A stretch of DNA of 64,000 nucleotides. It comes from Diadema antillarum (taxonomy: Eukaryota). Below, piece after piece: positions 61,301-64,000 of this stretch. How positions within the stretch are numbered: position 1 is the first letter of the stretch; each line of letters begins with the position of its first letter. A program made the translations under genes and the position numbers. Below the pieces are notes generated by a model, which searched no databases, had not been told where the DNA came from, and saw nothing but the letters and a program-made list of their open reading frames with translations. The stretch spans positions 2,170,001 to 2,234,000 of the forward strand of contig NW_027271836.1 of assembly GCF_040938485.1 (NCBI RefSeq), given 5' to 3'.

Positions 61301-63821
61301 AAGTGTGGCTGACACACAAAACTACTGAGCAGTTGAGTTTTGTGCATTATTCAAATTTTAGATAACTGTTGACTTCCAAATTTCTAAGCAGTGGCCTAAG
61401 CAAGTCGCCTGAGGTTCATATTTAATGTTTTGCTGCATTTTGGGAGGTCTGTAAAAGGTATCCCCTACCTTTAACATGGCCACCTGTTCGATAACTTGGT
61501 CACTCCCACAGAGGCCAATCCACACAGTCTATTTTCTCTGTTCATATTCAACACATAGCTCGCAGCGACAATCCATGTCTTGAAAATGATGAGAGAAAAA
61601 TGGATTATGATTTAACGTTTATAGGAAGGACCAAGTTATCAACAAGGTGACCATGTTGAAGGTTATGAACCATAAAAGGTTAGAAGAAACCCTAAACACG
61701 AACCTGCAGGCTGGCCTAATCATTTGACCAGTTTCACTGACAGATCTCTTCCATGTAGTGAGACATGCATTGTTCCTTCACAATAACATGCAAACTTGGA
61801 AAAAGTGCAATTTGTCATTGTTGTCTTTAAAGTTCATGTGCTCAGTCATGCATAACGTCTGTCAACACATTTAGGTATCACTGAAAAGAGGAATACAATG
61901 TAGTTCCTCTTTCCTCACAACCATCGTTGCACTCTCCATAGCTGACAAGTTTAAAATAATAGCCCTCCAAAATTGGATTACCTTTTTTTCAATACCCACT
62001 TTAGTATAATTACACATCAGTGAAGTTTGAATTTTCAATGTTTTGATAAAAATCCATGTACAGTTATTGTCGGATATGAAGATTACAACAATTTGTGAAG
62101 TGAAGAGTAATATTCCAGTAGCCTTTGAAAGGAGGTATACAAATGCTCTTTCAGTGTGCTGGTAAAATGAAAATAATGTTGTTTTTTTGAGATGTAGGCA
62201 AAAGCTACCATTGATGTTTCATCATGGCAGACACAAATAGATATCCTTTGTATGTACCCTTTCCATGCATTCTTTCTTACTTTCAGATATCTGCAAAGAT
62301 TAATTAAACCATCTTTGCTAGGAACGAAAAGTTAACCTCTTTTTTTTTTTTCTCTCTCTCTCTATTTTCAATTTAGGTTTGAAGCAATCCAGTGATGACC
62401 TCACTGTGGTAGTGCCAACCAAGAGATGCCCAAATTGCTACTATCCAATTTATAAGGAATACATGTATGGCTGTTACTTCATGTTCTGCAAATGTGGACA
62501 TGGCTTCTGTTGGGACTGTGGGAAGAGAGTGATCCACTATGGCCACCACTGTGAGGGGAAGATTTGGATGACTCGGGTACATTCCAAACTCTTTCCACAT
62601 ACTCATTTTGACGTTGCAAATGTGTGGCTGATAGAACTGACATTGGCACAATCATATTGGCACATCCAGGGCATTTTGACGTAGAGCAAATATTCCAAAA
62701 AAGTCTAGAGTTACTAACCCACCAATGGTTTTAGCCCATTGCCAGAAATCATACTTATGAATATGTATTGCTTTGTAAAAGAATTCTTACGAGCCCAATA
62801 TTTCATACTGAAATGCAGATAAGAGATGAAATATTGGGCAAATCCTTTATATTACTATAGGCAACTTGCTGCCTTTTTTTTTTACACACAAAGTTCTGCA
62901 AATGTCCTAAATTATAAAAGTCATGAAGCTTGGCAAATTTTTGTCTTATGCCCTTTATAACCCTATGTAAAACAAAACAAAAAACAAAACAAAACAAAAC
63001 TCTGTGTCAAGTTTCTTGACTTTTTTTAAACACTATTCTGTGAAGTCATTTCATTATTTTGGACCCACTTTGGGGAATGCACAATGACTGGATAAGGCTA
63101 ATGCTTCTTGAATGTAAGATTTGAGAATGGGTCCTGCCAGGTTGAACATTTCTTGGACAAGACAAGAGTGACCCTCTGTGTTATCTGTACACTTACAGGT
63201 AAAAGTAGATGTCAATTGATAGCAATTCAGAGGGAAATGATAATTGCAGAGTGCTCCTACGGGACAGTGCTGATATTTCAGGGGCTTCTCTTAGTAAATA
63301 AAATCATCTCTTATTATGACAACTGTTCTGATGTTGATTATGGTGATGATGGTGATGATGATTATACTAATGATAATGATAATGATTTTACTAATACTAC
63401 TACTACAACTACTACTAATGATAATATTAATGATTGTTATTGTCATCATTATTATCATAATCACCTTCGTCATTGCTTATCTATCACTATAAATAGTATC
63501 AGCATTACGTTGTTATTAATCTATTGATGTATACATATTTATACATTTTATTGATTTCAATAATTGTTGCTATCATGAATATCCTACTATTGTTACCAGT
63601 AACATTCTGTATGGTAGTTGACTCAAGTATCAGATACAAAGTATATCGAATGAGTAACCAGCAGATTTATTGTGTCTCATCAACTGCAGGTTTACAAGAT
63701 CATACCTGTTGACTTAGTGGTCAAGAGCACGGTGGAACTTGCTGCTGAACATTACAGGCAGAGAACACACTTTGCCTGTCATCGCAGAATCAGGAAAGCA
63801 AGGAGGCTTGCATCCAGAGTG
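55372..63821 (+). CDS. Ariadne-like RBR E3 ubiquitin ligase, paralogue C, partial (exons 1-8; continues past the right edge). Exons 55372-55570, 55983-56396, 56576-57482, 58079-58199, 58591-58809, 58975-59290, 62377-62576, 63690-63821
   Basis: Exon-for-exon homologue of B, open over 836 codons. RING2 reads PTKRCPNCYYPIYKEYMYGCYFMFCKCGHGFCWDC. Confidence 0.88.
59791..60560. mobile_element. 770-bp piggyBac-like MITE
   Basis: TTAA TSD at 59787-59790 and 60561-60564; perfect 16-bp TIR ccctaactaggccggg. Confidence 0.9.
60579..60898 (-). mobile_element. Probable retroposon 3' end with AATAAA and a (TAA)n tail
   Basis: About 110 bp of ATT-type repeat followed by unique AT-rich sequence; it interrupts the fold-back arm. 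Class is inference. Confidence 0.45.
60919..61470. mobile_element. 552-bp Kolobok-like MITE
   Basis: TTAA at 60915-60918 and 61471-61474; TIR aggtagggaatcc / ggtatcccctacct. Confidence 0.8.
63310..63530 (+). repeat. GAT/AAT/ACT trinucleotide low-complexity tract in intron 7 of paralogue C
   Basis: Direct inspection. Confidence 0.8.
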
Positions 63822-64000
63822 GTATGTCAGAATCTCTTGATTTGTAATGTTTTCCAAATCGCAAAGGTTGTAAATCTCATGTGGCGCATCTCATCCTACT
63901 CTTCCTCTCCTGATTGCCTCTGGGTTTTTTTTTCCCTCAAAATTTATTTTCTGATTTCATTTTAACCCTAAAGGTGGGGGGGGGGGGGGGGGTGGGGAGC

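Larger units (their letters stand above)
59486..62001. mobile_element. Long-arm fold-back element (TA-flanked, Tc1-like ends) in intron 6 of paralogue C, hosting three younger insertions
   Basis: 59486-59786 is the inverted counterpart of ~61697-62001; absent from the homologous intron of B. Confidence 0.75.

Noticed and set aside
37618-63821. B and C as two haplotypes of one gene mis-assembled in tandem
   Set aside because: Most introns are heavily diverged with many indels and different transposon inserts, and exon 7 differs at about a third of residues. This is far beyond allelic variation.
1-64000. CRISPR arrays, rRNA/tRNA genes or prokaryotic systems
   Set aside because: None seen. The window is spliced eukaryotic DNA, and its repeats are microsatellites, MITEs and gene duplications.

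Overview
AT-rich eukaryotic genomic DNA with GT-AG introns, three N-gaps and many MITEs. It is most likely from a marine invertebrate, possibly an echinoderm (inference only). Left part, minus strand: the first four coding exons of RAD54L2/ARIP4 (SNF2-family helicase), which runs off the left edge. From 22.5 kb to the right edge, plus strand: three tandem paralogues (A, B, C) of an atypical Ariadne-like RBR (RING1-IBR-RING2) E3 ubiquitin ligase. I spliced them by hand. A (972 aa) and B (978 aa) are complete 11-exon open frames; C is open through exon 8 and continues beyond the window. All three carry an N-terminal extension of about 570 aa that I cannot assign to a known domain. A keeps the canonical RING2 active-site motif GCNHM, while B and C have GCYFM (Cys kept, catalytic His replaced by Phe). 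The RING2 exon diverges strongly between B and C, whereas exon 1 and RING1 are nearly identical even at synonymous and intronic sites, which suggests gene conversion. B and C also share a promoter and first exon not seen in A. Non-coding highlights: a triple-nested transposon stack, a Penelope-type minimal hammerhead ribozyme candidate, a perfect 46-bp palindrome, and a 45-bp triplication across the stop codon of B. All coordinates and counts were derived by eye and should be confirmed computationally.
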